Shown here one piece after another: positions 10,100-20,623 of a stretch of 64,000 nucleotides of DNA. A program made the translations under genes and the position numbers. Numbering within the stretch: position 1 is the stretch's first letter; each line of letters starts with the position of its first letter. Under the pieces are notes generated by a model that saw nothing but the letters and a program-made list of their open reading frames with translations, made no database searches and was not told the origin of the DNA. Source of the stretch: Spirochaetota bacterium (GTDB lineage: Bacteria > Spirochaetota > UBA4802 > UBA5550); assembly GCA_963664815.2 (NCBI GenBank), contig CAXXHB010000003.1:32001-96000 (forward strand), written 5' to 3'.

Positions 10100-10924
10100 A
10101 TGAAAAATCTTAAGTTAGTAAAAATCAATGGTGATAATCTCAGAAGTACCTTTAAAGTCGGCAACTCGGTTATAGGTAAAGACTTTGTCATTGTAGGTGG
10201 ACCATGCTCTGTTGAGAGTGAAGAGCAGACAATGAAAACAGCGGAAGCTGTGAAAAAAGGGCATGGTAATATGCTTAGAGGCGGGGCATTCAAACCCAGA
10301 ACCTCACCCTATGACTTCCAGGGCTTAGGGCTTAAAGGGCTTAAAATCCTTGAAAAAGCAAAGCAGAAGACAGGATTGCCGATTGTCACGGAGGTCATTG
10401 ATCCCAGGGATGTTTCATGGGTATGTGAATATGCGGATATATTACAGATAGGCGCCAGGAACATGCAGAATTTCTCTCTTCTTAAAGAGGTTGGAAAATC
10501 AAACAAACCTGTCCTTCTGAAAAGAGGGATGTACTCAACTCTCAGAGAATGGCTTAATTGTGCGGAATATATTCTTGCAGAAGGAAATCCGGAAGTTATT
10601 TTATGTGAAAGAGGAATAAGAACTTTTGAAACATACACAAGAAATACACTCGACCTGAGTATTGTTCCTGCCGTAAAGGAGTTGACTCATCTTCCAATTA
10701 TGGTGGATCCCTCACATGGGACAGGTAAACTGAGTCTTATTGAGCCTATGTGTCTTGCAGCAGTTGCCGCCGGTGCTGACGGGCTTCTGCTTGAAGTACA
10801 TATCAATCCGGCAGAAGCAAAAAGCGATGCAGATCAGCAGCTAACACCGGAACAATTTTATGCAATTACGGAAAAAATTCTGAAACTTAAAAAATTTATG
10901 GATGCCGAGATTTTCAACTCATAA
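10100..10924 (+). CDS. aroF: DAHP synthase, type I-beta (no obvious N-terminal regulatory domain)
   Basis: [32 protein letters not shown] and DPSHGTG motifs. Confidence 0.95.
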   Translation: MKNLKLVKINGDNLRSTFKVGNSVIGKDFVIVGGPCSVESEEQTMKTAEAVKKGHGNMLRGGAFKPRTSPYDFQGLGLKGLKILEKAKQKTGLPIVTEVIDPRDVSWVCEYADILQIGARNMQNFSLLKEVGKSNKPVLLKRGMYSTLREWLNCAEYILAEGNPEVILCERGIRTFETYTRNTLDLSIVPAVKELTHLPIMVDPSHGTGKLSLIEPMCLAAVAAGADGLLLEVHINPAEAKSDADQQLTPEQFYAITEKILKLKKFMDAEIFNS

Positions 10925-10936
10925 CGGGTAATAAAA

Positions 10937-12013
10937 GTGAAAGAGATAAGAATAAATACAGGTGACCGTACATCGGTGGTTTTAATCGGGGAATCTATAA
11001 GGAATATACGGCAGTTCGTCCCGCCGGAGAATACTGTGATCGTAACTGATGAGAACCTTCACAGGTATTATTCATCAGTATATTCCGGCTATCCGTTGAT
11101 TGTAATCGGCACCGGTGAGAGTATTAAAACTCTGGCAACAGTTGAGACGATTATAAGAGGGCTCATAGAATTCAGGGCGCACAGGAAGACTTTTCTGCTT
11201 GGTATAGGTGGCGGAATTATCAGCGATATTGCGGGGTTTGCCGCATCGGTTTATATGAGAGGCATTCCTTTCGGGTTTATATCTACATCTCTTCTCTCCC
11301 AGGTAGATGCCAGTGTAGGGGGGAAAAACGGAGTAAATATTGACGGACTGAAAAATATGGCGGGAGTTATAAACCAGCCTCAGATTGTTATATGCGATCA
11401 CGAAATGTTAAGTACGCTTCCTGAAGAAGAATATATAAACGGCATGGCGGAACTTATTAAAACTGCATGCCTGGATAAAGAAGGACTTTTTAATTTTATT
11501 TCAGAAAACAGAGAAAAACTTTTAAAACGTGACAGCGATGCAGTTTCTGAAGCTGTGTACAGATCGGTAAAGTTCAAAGCCGGTATAGTTGAGGAGGATG
11601 AGATGGAGGATAATGTAAGGAGGATACTCAATCTCGGCCATACACTGGGTCATGCAGTGGAAAAGGTTAAAGGTGTTAAACATGGATTTGCCGTGAGTGC
11701 CGGTATCGGATTTGCATTGGAGTTTTCCGGACATTATGGAATGATTGACCCTGCAACCGGAAATGAAATAAAAGAAGTGATGAAGTATTTCGGCCTTCCG
11801 GACAAGATAGGTGATGTAGCGGAAATTGAAGATCTTCCGGAGATTCTTAAAGCAGTAGAGAGTGACAAGAAAAAGGGGGGCGCTGAGATAAACTTTGTTC
11901 TTTTAAAAGGCATCGGCAATAGTGTAATTAAAAGTATTAATCGGGAAGATCTTAAAGAATTTATATATAATTATAGTAAAAATAATATTGGTAAAAGGAA
12001 AATTAATGTATGA
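10937..12013 (+). CDS. aroB: 3-dehydroquinate synthase
   Basis: GIGGGIISDIAGF, QVDASVGGKNGVN and LNLGHTLGHAVE motifs. Confidence 0.96.
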   Translation: MKEIRINTGDRTSVVLIGESIRNIRQFVPPENTVIVTDENLHRYYSSVYSGYPLIVIGTGESIKTLATVETIIRGLIEFRAHRKTFLLGIGGGIISDIAGFAASVYMRGIPFGFISTSLLSQVDASVGGKNGVNIDGLKNMAGVINQPQIVICDHEMLSTLPEEEYINGMAELIKTACLDKEGLFNFISENREKLLKRDSDAVSEAVYRSVKFKAGIVEEDEMEDNVRRILNLGHTLGHAVEKVKGVKHGFAVSAGIGFALEFSGHYGMIDPATGNEIKEVMKYFGLPDKIGDVAEIEDLPEILKAVESDKKKGGAEINFVLLKGIGNSVIKSINREDLKEFIYNYSKNNIGKRKINV

Positions 12014-12651
12014 TATGTGTAAGTATTGCAGACCTGTCTGTAACTGAAGCGGTAAAAATTATAGAGAGTAGTGAACTTTCGGAAGTCAGGCTGGACAGAA
12101 TCAGTTTCGGTGACGGTGATATCAGGAAACTGTTTTCAACAGGGAAGATGACAATAGCCACATACAGGCCGGTAGATACTGTTACAGACAGTGAGAGGAA
12201 GAAAACCCTTGTTGAAGCGATTAATGCCGGGGCATCATACGTTGATATTGAAGTTGAGAATGATGATGATTATAAAAATGAAATTATTAAAACAGCTCAG
12301 ATAAAACAATGCAAAACAATTGTTTCGTATCATAACTATACTAAAACACCGGTTATCCGTGAACTTGAGCAGATAATGAGATGGTGTTTTGAGTGTAAAG
12401 CGGACTTCGCAAAGATAGCCTGCTATGTTGATTCGGCTGAAAGTTGTTCCAGGCTTCTTTCCCTTTACAGTTATGGAAAACCGGTTATTTCCATAGGGAT
12501 GGGACATGGCGGCAGGATCACAAGAATTGCTGCAACGCTTCTGGGGGCTCCATTTACTTATGCGTCAATTAATGAAAATAAAAAAACTGCTCCAGGGCAG
12601 TTTGATTCGGATAAATTAAAAACAATAATAGATATGATCAGGAATTCATAA
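12010..12651 (+). CDS. aroD: Type I 3-dehydroquinate dehydratase
   Basis: EVRLD, YVDIE, SYHNY, AKIA and TAPGQ motifs; operon context. Confidence 0.92.
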   Translation: MICVSIADLSVTEAVKIIESSELSEVRLDRISFGDGDIRKLFSTGKMTIATYRPVDTVTDSERKKTLVEAINAGASYVDIEVENDDDYKNEIIKTAQIKQCKTIVSYHNYTKTPVIRELEQIMRWCFECKADFAKIACYVDSAESCSRLLSLYSYGKPVISIGMGHGGRITRIAATLLGAPFTYASINENKKTAPGQFDSDKLKTIIDMIRNS

Positions 12652-13953
12652 ATGAAAGATGATAATCATATACTTCTGGGAGTGGCCGGGTCACCTGTTT
12701 TTCACAGCAAGAGCCCTGCAATTTTCAGATCAATTTTCCGGGAAAAGGGAATAGATGCGTCGTACATCAGGATTGCTGTAAGCTGGGCTGACGAGGCGGC
12801 GAGATTATGCAATGAACTCGATTTCCGGGGCATGAATGTTACGGCGCCCTTTAAATACAGCATAATTTCTCATCTTGACAATATCTCTGATGAAGCAGAC
12901 AGAATGAAAAGTGTAAATACTGTGGTAAACAGGTACGGAAAACTCACCGGATACAACACCGATCATTACGGTGTAACGTCGCCGCTTGAGAACAGGCTCG
13001 GGTCATTGAAGTATAAAAATGCCGTAGTTGCCGGAGCCGGAGGAGCCGGGGTTTCTGCCGCTTTCGGGCTCTCGCGTTCCGGATGCAATGTTACCGTATT
13101 GAATATAACAATTAATGAAGCGAAAAACTGCGCGGATAAATTCGGCTGCAGATATGACCTCCTTGCAAATATAAAAAATTATATTTCAGCTGCAGACATT
13201 TTTGTGTCCGCTCTTCCATATGAGGCAGATCCGCTGGATATCTCCTCCATGAAAAAAGGTTCCACGGTTATGGATGCATCGTATAAAAAATCCCATTACA
13301 GGGAGCAGGCAGAGAAATGCGGATTAACATTTATTCCAGGGGAAGAGTGGCTGGTTTATCAGGCAATTTATGCATGCGGGCATTTCCTTGATTTTAATCC
13401 GCCGGCTGAAACTGCATATTCAGGAGTAATTGAGCCGCGAAAAAAAAGCGATCTTATCTCCCTTATAGGATTTATGGGTTCCGGGAAAACTTCTGCAGGG
13501 ATGGAAATCGCACGTATCAGGAAGATGGATTTCATTGATCTTGATGAACTTATTGAACTGAAAGTACAAAAGTCAGTAAATGAAATATTCCGGACTATGG
13601 GTGAAGAAAAATTCCGTGAAATTGAAACGGATATGCTTTATTCACTTAAAAATAAGAAAAATTTAATTATATCATGTGGAGGGGGTATAGTTCTTGGAGA
13701 AAGAAACAGGGAGTTTCTCAGAAATGAAACAGAATGTATCTGGCTTTATTGCGGCATGGACACAATGCTGGAAAGAGTACATGACGGGAAAAGACCACTC
13801 ATAAATGCAATGAACGATCCAATTGAAGCAGTGGAGCTTTTCAATTCGAGAAAAAAATTTTATGCTTCATCGTGCGAATCAGTTGTCTTAACAGAAACAA
13901 CACCGGAAAAAACTGCGGAGCTTATAAATGAAGAAATACGTTTATCCTTCTAA
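12652..13953 (+). CDS. aroE: Shikimate dehydrogenase - shikimate kinase fusion (AroE-AroK)
   Basis: N-terminal HSKSP, GMNVTAPFK, GYNTD and GAGGAG. C-terminal IGFMGSGKTS P-loop, DLDELIE and SCGGG. Confidence 0.93.
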   Translation: MKDDNHILLGVAGSPVFHSKSPAIFRSIFREKGIDASYIRIAVSWADEAARLCNELDFRGMNVTAPFKYSIISHLDNISDEADRMKSVNTVVNRYGKLTGYNTDHYGVTSPLENRLGSLKYKNAVVAGAGGAGVSAAFGLSRSGCNVTVLNITINEAKNCADKFGCRYDLLANIKNYISAADIFVSALPYEADPLDISSMKKGSTVMDASYKKSHYREQAEKCGLTFIPGEEWLVYQAIYACGHFLDFNPPAETAYSGVIEPRKKSDLISLIGFMGSGKTSAGMEIARIRKMDFIDLDELIELKVQKSVNEIFRTMGEEKFREIETDMLYSLKNKKNLIISCGGGIVLGERNREFLRNETECIWLYCGMDTMLERVHDGKRPLINAMNDPIEAVELFNSRKKFYASSCESVVLTETTPEKTAELINEEIRLSF

Positions 13954-15175
13954 ACTCAGCGGAACAATAGCGGCGCCCGCTTCAAAGAGCATGATGCAGA
14001 GAGCCGTTGCTGCGGCTCTTCTCGCTCAGGGTGAAAGCATTCTGTTTCATCCTTCATTCTGTAACGATTCCATGGCTGCCATGAGAGTTGCAGAGGGACT
14101 TGGGGCAACGGTTGAGAAAACACCTGATAAGGTGATAATACACGGAGGAATTAATCCTGCAACAAACATACTTAACTGCGGTGAGTCCGGTTTGTGTATA
14201 AGAATGTTTACTCCTATTGCAGCGCTCACGGGTGAAAAAATTATTCTTACCGGGGAGGGATCACTTCCAGGAAGGCCGGTGTCCGGTATAGAAAACGCAC
14301 TTGAAAAACTTGGAGTTTCTGTTAAATCGAATAACGGTTTATTGCCGGTTGAGGTATCTTCAATACTTAAAGGAGGGATAGCTGAAATTGACGGAAGTTT
14401 AAGCTCCCAGTTTCTCACGGGTCTTCTTATGGCTCTTCCTCTTGCGGAGAATGACAGCATTGTCCATGTTAAAAATCTGAAAAGCAGAGAGTATATTGAT
14501 ATTACAATTGATGTGCTGGAAAAATTCGGAATTACAGTGAAAAATGAAGAATATAATGAGTTTAGAATTAAAGGCGGGCAGAGATTTAAACCCGCACAGA
14601 TTGATATTGAGGGAGACTGGAGCGGAGCAGCCTTTCTACTCTGCGCAGGAGCAATTTCAGGGAGTATAGGCATAACAGGTTTAAACCCTGAATCATGTCA
14701 GCCAGACAGGGCGATAGTAACAGCTTTAAGAAAAAGCGGTGCTGATGTTGATATAGAAAAAAATATTATACAGGTACATTCAAAAAACCTTTACGGTTTC
14801 GAATTTGACGCAACTGAGTGCCCGGATCTTTTTCCACCTCTTGCTGCTCTTGCTTTTTATTGTAAAGGGGAAAGCCTTATATGGGGAGCTGAAAGGCTGA
14901 AGCATAAAGAGAGCGACAGAGGTTTGGCTATAATATCTGAATTTAAAAAGATGGGGGGCTCGGTGAAGATAGAAAATGACTGCATGGTTATACGCAGCTC
15001 AGCTCTTACAGGCGCAAAAATTGATCCTCATGGAGACCACAGAATGGCCATGGCGTGTGCTGTGGCAGCAACCGGTTGCTCCGGGAGAGTGGAGATTGAC
15101 GATGCCGGGTGTGTTAACAAATCGTATAATGAATTTTATGACCATATGATAAAACTGGGAGTAGAAATAAAATGA
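13928..15175 (+). CDS. aroA: EPSP synthase
   Basis: PASKS, CGESG, SSQFLTGLL, RLKHKESDR and DHRMAM motifs. Confidence 0.96.
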   Translation: MKKYVYPSKLSGTIAAPASKSMMQRAVAAALLAQGESILFHPSFCNDSMAAMRVAEGLGATVEKTPDKVIIHGGINPATNILNCGESGLCIRMFTPIAALTGEKIILTGEGSLPGRPVSGIENALEKLGVSVKSNNGLLPVEVSSILKGGIAEIDGSLSSQFLTGLLMALPLAENDSIVHVKNLKSREYIDITIDVLEKFGITVKNEEYNEFRIKGGQRFKPAQIDIEGDWSGAAFLLCAGAISGSIGITGLNPESCQPDRAIVTALRKSGADVDIEKNIIQVHSKNLYGFEFDATECPDLFPPLAALAFYCKGESLIWGAERLKHKESDRGLAIISEFKKMGGSVKIENDCMVIRSSALTGAKIDPHGDHRMAMACAVAATGCSGRVEIDDAGCVNKSYNEFYDHMIKLGVEIK

Positions 15176-16152
15176 ACAGTTTCGGAAATATTTTCAGAGT
15201 ATCTATCTTTGGTGAATCGCATGGACCGGTTATCGGCATAACTATTGACGGGTGTCCGCCCGGAATAGATTTTAATGAATCCGACATGGCGGATGATATT
15301 AAAAGAAGAATGCCCGGCGCCGCAGGGACTACTAACCGCAGAGAGTCAGATGATCCGGAAATAATCAGCGGAGTATTCAACGGAAAAACAACCGGTGCGC
15401 CTCTCGGCATAATTTTCAGAAACAGTGATATGAAATCGGATGATTATAAAAAACTGAAAAATCTGCCAAGGCCGGGGCATGCGGATCTTACCGCAATGCA
15501 GAAATATAAAGGGTTTAACGATCCACGGGGCGGAGGGCATTTTTCTGGCAGGATTACTCTTCCGCTTGTTGCAGCCGGTTCTCTTGCAAAGAAAATTATT
15601 CATAATGTATCGATTGATTCAAGGATAGTTGAGATAGCCGGAAAAGAAGATTACCATAACATTCTTGAAGAAGTGATAGCGGCAGGTGACTCGGCGGGTG
15701 GAATAATTGAAGTAAAAATGTCAGGGATTCCGGCGGGACTTGGAGAACCTTTTTTTAATTCATTTGAGTCATATGTGAGTCATATTATATTTTCTGTACC
15801 AGCAGTAAAAGGGATTGAGTTCGGGTCAGGTTTCGCTTCTGCAGGGATGCTCGGAAGTGAACATAATGACATAATAATTTCACCGGACGGGAAAACGGAA
15901 ACCAACAATGCCGGAGGTATAAACGGAGGTATAACAAATGGTAATGATGTTATCTTCAGGGTTGCTGTAAAACCTACTCCAAGCATCAAAAAGGAGCAGA
16001 ATACCGTAAATATAGAAACAGGGGAAAAGGAGAAACTTGTCGTACATGGGAGACATGACGCATGTATTGCTTTACGGACGCAGGTAGTGTTTGAGGCATG
16101 CGCCGCAATTGCAGCGGCAGACCTTTATCTTGTCAGCAAATCATGTAATTAA
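15172..16152 (+). CDS. aroC: Chorismate synthase
   Basis: FGESHG, PRPGHAD, GGGHFSGR and GRHDAC motifs. Confidence 0.96.
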   Translation: MNSFGNIFRVSIFGESHGPVIGITIDGCPPGIDFNESDMADDIKRRMPGAAGTTNRRESDDPEIISGVFNGKTTGAPLGIIFRNSDMKSDDYKKLKNLPRPGHADLTAMQKYKGFNDPRGGGHFSGRITLPLVAAGSLAKKIIHNVSIDSRIVEIAGKEDYHNILEEVIAAGDSAGGIIEVKMSGIPAGLGEPFFNSFESYVSHIIFSVPAVKGIEFGSGFASAGMLGSEHNDIIISPDGKTETNNAGGINGGITNGNDVIFRVAVKPTPSIKKEQNTVNIETGEKEKLVVHGRHDACIALRTQVVFEACAAIAAADLYLVSKSCN

Positions 16153-16209
16153 TATCATGCTGCCGGAAACAGCTGGCAAAAAGAAAAATATTTAAACGGA
16201 GTAAATTTA

Positions 16210-17292
16210 ATGAAGCTTGAAGAAATAAGAACAACTATTGATCAGATCGATTCAAAAATATTGAAACTTCTAAATGACAGAATGGAGCAGGCAATTCTTG
16301 CAAAGAAATTTAAAAATTCAATTGAGGATCCTGAACGGGAAAGAGATATTATGGAAAAGCTTAAAAATACTCCCAATTCTCTGCTCGATCCGATATTGAC
16401 CGAATCGATTTATAAACTGATAATTTCCTGGAGCAAGAAACTTCAGGCGAAGGATTGCATGGTTATAGGCTTTCAGGGGGAACATGGAGCGTATAGTGAA
16501 GATGCTGCAAGAAGGTGGAACAAAGAGCTTCTTACGATACCATGCACAACTTTTAACGGTGTTTTTGAAGGTGTACATACCGGAATGTTTGATTTCGGTG
16601 TTGTGCCTGTTGAAAATACTCTCGGTGGAATAGTCGGGCCTGTGAATGAGCTTCTTATCAATACCGAACTTTTTATAGTCGGAGCTGTGGATATGCCTAT
16701 TCATCACAATCTGCTGATTCTGCCTGGAACTGATCACAGAGAGATACGTGAAGTATATTCACATTCTCAGGCATTGTCACAATGCAGGAGGTTTCTATCG
16801 AGAAATAATCTTGTTCCTGTGCCGTTTTATGATACAGCCGGAGCAGCAAGGATGCTGACCGAAATGAAGCCGAGAGCCGCGGCCTGCATAGCGGGGAGAC
16901 TTGCGGCAGAGCTTTACAACCTTGAGGTTATAAAGGAGAATATACAGGACTCTGACATAAACAGAACGAGATTTCTGATACTTGCCCGGGAAAGGGATAA
17001 CAGGGATGGAAATAAATGTTCCATAACATTCACGACAGCCCACAAATCGGGGACTCTTTTTGGTGTACTTGAGATATTCGCCACCGCCGGAATAAACCTG
17101 ACAAGAATTGAGTCTATCCCGACAGAACCGGGAAGCTATTCTTTTTTCCTCGATTTTGACGGTTACGATAAAGATCCGGTTGTAATTGCTGCCCTGGAGA
17201 AAGCCGGAAATTCCACTATAGATCTGAAACTTTTGGGGTGTTACGTTGAAAAATTTATCGATAACCAGACGATTAAAGAGGAGGAAGAATGA
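16210..17292 (+). CDS. pheA: Chorismate mutase / prephenate dehydratase (P-protein)
   Basis: N-terminal AroQ, FQGEHGAYSE, PVENT, SHSQALSQC, NRTRF and ACT domain with NLTRIESIP. Confidence 0.95.
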   Translation: MKLEEIRTTIDQIDSKILKLLNDRMEQAILAKKFKNSIEDPERERDIMEKLKNTPNSLLDPILTESIYKLIISWSKKLQAKDCMVIGFQGEHGAYSEDAARRWNKELLTIPCTTFNGVFEGVHTGMFDFGVVPVENTLGGIVGPVNELLINTELFIVGAVDMPIHHNLLILPGTDHREIREVYSHSQALSQCRRFLSRNNLVPVPFYDTAGAARMLTEMKPRAAACIAGRLAAELYNLEVIKENIQDSDINRTRFLILARERDNRDGNKCSITFTTAHKSGTLFGVLEIFATAGINLTRIESIPTEPGSYSFFLDFDGYDKDPVVIAALEKAGNSTIDLKLLGCYVEKFIDNQTIKEEEE

Positions 17293-18062
17293 AAATATTT
17301 ATTATTGGCGCAGGTCACATGGGAAGCTGGCTTACAGAAGAATTATGTCATGATCATGAAGTAGCGGTCTTTGATAAGGATCCGCGGAAGCTGAAATATT
17401 TTATAAATGTGCAGAGATTTCTCTCTGCTGAGGAAGTTAAAGATTTCAGGCCGGAACTCATTATCAATTGTGTAAGCCTGAATAAGACGGAAGAGGTTTT
17501 TAATATGCTCATTCCACTGGTTCCCGAAGATTGTATACTCGCAGATATTGCATCTGTTAAAAACGGAATTCATGATTATTATGAGAAAACAGGAAGGCGG
17601 TTTGTTTCAACACATCCAATGTTCGGGCCGACATTTGGGAATGTAAGGAATCTCAGCAGTGAGAGTGCAATCATTATAACTCAATCTGACATGGAGGGGA
17701 AGAAGTTCTTTAATGATCTTTTTTGCAGCCTTAAACTAAAAATTTATGAATACACATTTGAAGAGCACGACGAGATTACAGCATACTCGCTTTCCACTCC
17801 TTTTGCTTCATCTCTTGTGTTTGCGGCATGTATGAAAAAAATTGATGCACCCGGCACAACATTTAAGAAGCATATGGAAATAGCCAGGGGGCTTCTGTCT
17901 GAGGATGATTATCTTTTATCTGAAATTCTTTTCAATCCATATACCCTGAAGCAGATAGAGAGCATAAACTCACAATTATCATATCTTACCCATATAATCA
18001 AAGCAAGGGATTTTGAAGAGATGGAAAAATTTCTTACCAGACTCAGAGAAAATATTAAATAA
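17289..18062 (+). CDS. tyrA: Prephenate dehydrogenase
   Basis: GAGHMG Rossmann motif, DIASVK, HPMFGP and EEHD. Confidence 0.92.
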   Translation: MKIFIIGAGHMGSWLTEELCHDHEVAVFDKDPRKLKYFINVQRFLSAEEVKDFRPELIINCVSLNKTEEVFNMLIPLVPEDCILADIASVKNGIHDYYEKTGRRFVSTHPMFGPTFGNVRNLSSESAIIITQSDMEGKKFFNDLFCSLKLKIYEYTFEEHDEITAYSLSTPFASSLVFAACMKKIDAPGTTFKKHMEIARGLLSEDDYLLSEILFNPYTLKQIESINSQLSYLTHIIKARDFEEMEKFLTRLRENIK

Positions 18063-18064
18063 AA

Positions 18065-18128
18065 AAAGGGATCTGACTGATCCCCTTTCCTATACTTACT
18101 GATGGTAAAAGGGCCTGGTCCCTTTTAC
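18065..18128. terminator. Two adjacent hairpins between convergent tyrA and rlpA
   Basis: AAAGGGATC/GATCCCTTT (18065-18087) and GTAAAAGGG/CCCTTTTAC (18105-18128). Confidence 0.7.
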
Positions 18129-18139
18129 TGTATTCAGAA

Positions 18140-19204
18140 TTATTCCACTTCAAAAGAAGTTACGTTGTCTTCGCTGAGCATATTTCTCAATTTGCTCATT
18201 TCCTTCTTGTCTTTTAAGCCTTCAACACGGACTTTAAAAAAGTTATTATCCTGAATTATCCTTACATTACGATTGGTCATACTCTCAATTTTTAATTTTA
18301 AATTTTCAGCATTTTTTCTTGAATAGAATGCACCTGCCTGAATTTTCATACTGTTGCTGTTAGCGTTGCTGCTGCTGTTATAATCATCCGGACTTTCACT
18401 TTTAACATTCATATAATTTTCATCATCAGCAACAGGTTCAATATATTTTTTATTTTTATTGGAAGCTGAATTGCTGTTTATTTTTTTAATTATTTTTATC
18501 CCGACATTTGCTTCACCGGTTTTCACTATGCCGATTTCTTTTGCACCGGCATATGAAAGGTCTATAATGCGGTTTCCTCTATAAGGACCTCTGTCATTGA
18601 TTTTAAGTCTGACAGATTTTCCGTTTGAGAGATTTTTTACTTCAACTATTGTTCCAAAGGGCAGAGTTTTATGAGCTGCTGTCATATCATTCATATCAAA
18701 TACTTCCCCTGATGCGGTAGTTTTCCCGTGAAATTCTCTTCCGTACCATGATGCAGAACCTTTCTGGTAGAATTTTTCTGATTCATTTTCCTGATTTTCA
18801 GAATCATCTTCGTAGTTGTTATTATTTTTTACTGGTTTAGAATAGGACTCATCATTATATTCTTCAGGATCCTTATATTTTCCTTTAGTTTCTTTATACT
18901 CATCAGCTCCGGATTTGCTGTTTTCCCCGTTAGACTTTACGCGCATTTTTTTGTTATCATAATCCTTGCTATTATTTGCGTATTTATCCCCGGAATATGA
19001 GGATTTAGCCTTCTTATTCATTGCCGGAATTTCATCATCATTTGAGCTGTTATCGTTGTCGAATGCTTCAAATTCTTCATTCTGAAAGCTTCCTTTATAG
19101 TCGTTATTTTTGGTTTGAGCTTTTCCCGGCGTGCATCCCATAAAGAACATAATAACCACTGCGCCGACGAGAGATATTAACATGCTTTTCAGCAAATTAT
19201 ACAT
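18140..19204 (-). CDS. rlpA: Septal ring lytic transglycosylase RlpA-family lipoprotein (DPBB + SPOR)
   Basis: Lipobox FMGC, charged low-complexity linker, GSASWYG..TAAHKTLPFGT..INDRGPY..IIDLS, and SPOR IQAGAF. Confidence 0.93.
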   Translation of the reverse strand: MYNLLKSMLISLVGAVVIMFFMGCTPGKAQTKNNDYKGSFQNEEFEAFDNDNSSNDDEIPAMNKKAKSSYSGDKYANNSKDYDNKKMRVKSNGENSKSGADEYKETKGKYKDPEEYNDESYSKPVKNNNNYEDDSENQENESEKFYQKGSASWYGREFHGKTTASGEVFDMNDMTAAHKTLPFGTIVEVKNLSNGKSVRLKINDRGPYRGNRIIDLSYAGAKEIGIVKTGEANVGIKIIKKINSNSASNKNKKYIEPVADDENYMNVKSESPDDYNSSSNANSNSMKIQAGAFYSRKNAENLKLKIESMTNRNVRIIQDNNFFKVRVEGLKDKKEMSKLRNMLSEDNVTSFEVE

Positions 19205-19239
19205 ATTGGTACCTCCGAATATATAAACACCTGTTTATC

Positions 19240-19266
19240 TTATCGGAAAGGTGTATTTTATCTTTA
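19240..19266 (-). promoter_or_regulatory. Putative sigma28-type promoter of rlpA
   Basis: Minus strand TAAA-N15-TCCGATAA about 36 nt upstream of the ATG. Confidence 0.4.
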
Positions 19267-19544
19267 ATAATAATTTAATTTTATGTCGCAAAAATCCTTG
19301 ACCACTTCAACACATGGTATAATTAAAGAAAGATGCTGAATAGCCGTTATGCAGCGATTTGCGCAACCTGTCTGGGCATACTCGCAACGAGTATTGATAA
19401 ATAAAAATCTGAATAAACTGATTTTTATAATGATATCAAAAAGACGGTTACTACATCCCGCAGGTCTTCTTATTCGGACGTAAAAATGGAGGTTTTACGA
19501 CCACCATGAATTATTAAAAAAATATTTATATAGAGAAGAGATAA

Positions 19545-20579
19545 ATGAAAATATTATCGAGCAAACCTACAATAACAAGAAAAGAGCTTGAAGGTGTCCT
19601 TGACTGCCTTATTCAGGATGAACTTAATACCGGGAGTACTGTAAAAGCTTTTGAAACAGCTGTCTCTGAATTGACAGGCTTTAAGTATCCACTTGCGCTG
19701 AATTCCCTTGTTTCAGCGTACCTGCTGGTTTTTAAAGCGCTGGAAATAGGGGTTGGGGATGAGATCATAATTCCTTCATTTTTTAATATTGCTGCGCTCA
19801 GTGCACTGAAGTTGACAGGCGGTATTCCGGTAATAGTTGATTCTGATTCAAATTCAATTTTCCCCTCAACAGTACAGATCAGGGAAAAAATTACAGTAAA
19901 GACAAGAGCCATTATAGCAGGAGATGTATTCGGTTTTCATTTTGATGGAGAGGAACTAAAAGATTCAGGAATCCCTCTTGTGGCAGAGATTTCACATTCA
20001 GCCGGCACAGAGTTTAATGAGAAACCTGCAGGTTCGTGGGGGACTTTTGCTGTTGCATCATTTGCTCCTTCGATGATTATTACTACCGGAAATGGAGGGA
20101 TGGTGCTTACAAACAATTCCAAGTATTTCTCCGTGATGCGGGATCTCAGGGGATATAGTGATGAGTCAATTAACTATGATCTTACAATGACTGATCTGCA
20201 GGGTGCCATGGGTATAACACAGATTATGAAACTTAAAGATTTTTTAAAAAGAAGACGTGAAATAGCAAAAAAATATTATGAGGCAATCAGAATTACAACT
20301 CACAAGCCGCTCTTCCCGTATAATGATTCTTTTAGTTATCAGAGTTTCCCGGTAATATTTGACGCTCCGCTGGAACGGGTGGATAAGTACTGGAAAAAAT
20401 GCGGTATCGATGCATCAAAAGCCATTTTGTCACCGCTGCATATTATTGCAGGATTGAAGGGTTTTGATTATCCTAACGCCGACAGGCTCTCGAAGAAACT
20501 TCATTCAATACCTCTATATCCGACTCTGACAAAAAAAGAGATAGATAAAATTTCAAAATCTCTTGGTGCTTTTATATGA
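19545..20579 (+). CDS. DegT/DnrJ/EryC1/StrS-fold protein lacking the PLP lysine
   Basis: Family layout (GDEIIIPSF, MTDLQGAMG, SIPLYPTLT), but SFAPSMIITTGNGG replaces SFxxxKxxxxGEGG. Confidence 0.85.
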   Translation: MKILSSKPTITRKELEGVLDCLIQDELNTGSTVKAFETAVSELTGFKYPLALNSLVSAYLLVFKALEIGVGDEIIIPSFFNIAALSALKLTGGIPVIVDSDSNSIFPSTVQIREKITVKTRAIIAGDVFGFHFDGEELKDSGIPLVAEISHSAGTEFNEKPAGSWGTFAVASFAPSMIITTGNGGMVLTNNSKYFSVMRDLRGYSDESINYDLTMTDLQGAMGITQIMKLKDFLKRRREIAKKYYEAIRITTHKPLFPYNDSFSYQSFPVIFDAPLERVDKYWKKCGIDASKAILSPLHIIAGLKGFDYPNADRLSKKLHSIPLYPTLTKKEIDKISKSLGAFI

Positions 20580-20623
20580 TTGAATGGAATAGCGTGTCTG
20601 GTTTTATCCATTTTTTGTCTACA

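Noticed and set aside
14047-14673. 208-aa minus-strand ORF
   Set aside because: Lies entirely antisense to aroA and has no recognisable motifs.
19333-19404. 23-codon ORF MLNSRYAAICATCLGILATSIDK; also a partial likeness of CTGTCTGGGCA to the ZTP riboswitch 3' end
   Set aside because: No clear RBS or control codons, and the 5' half of the ZTP motif is absent.
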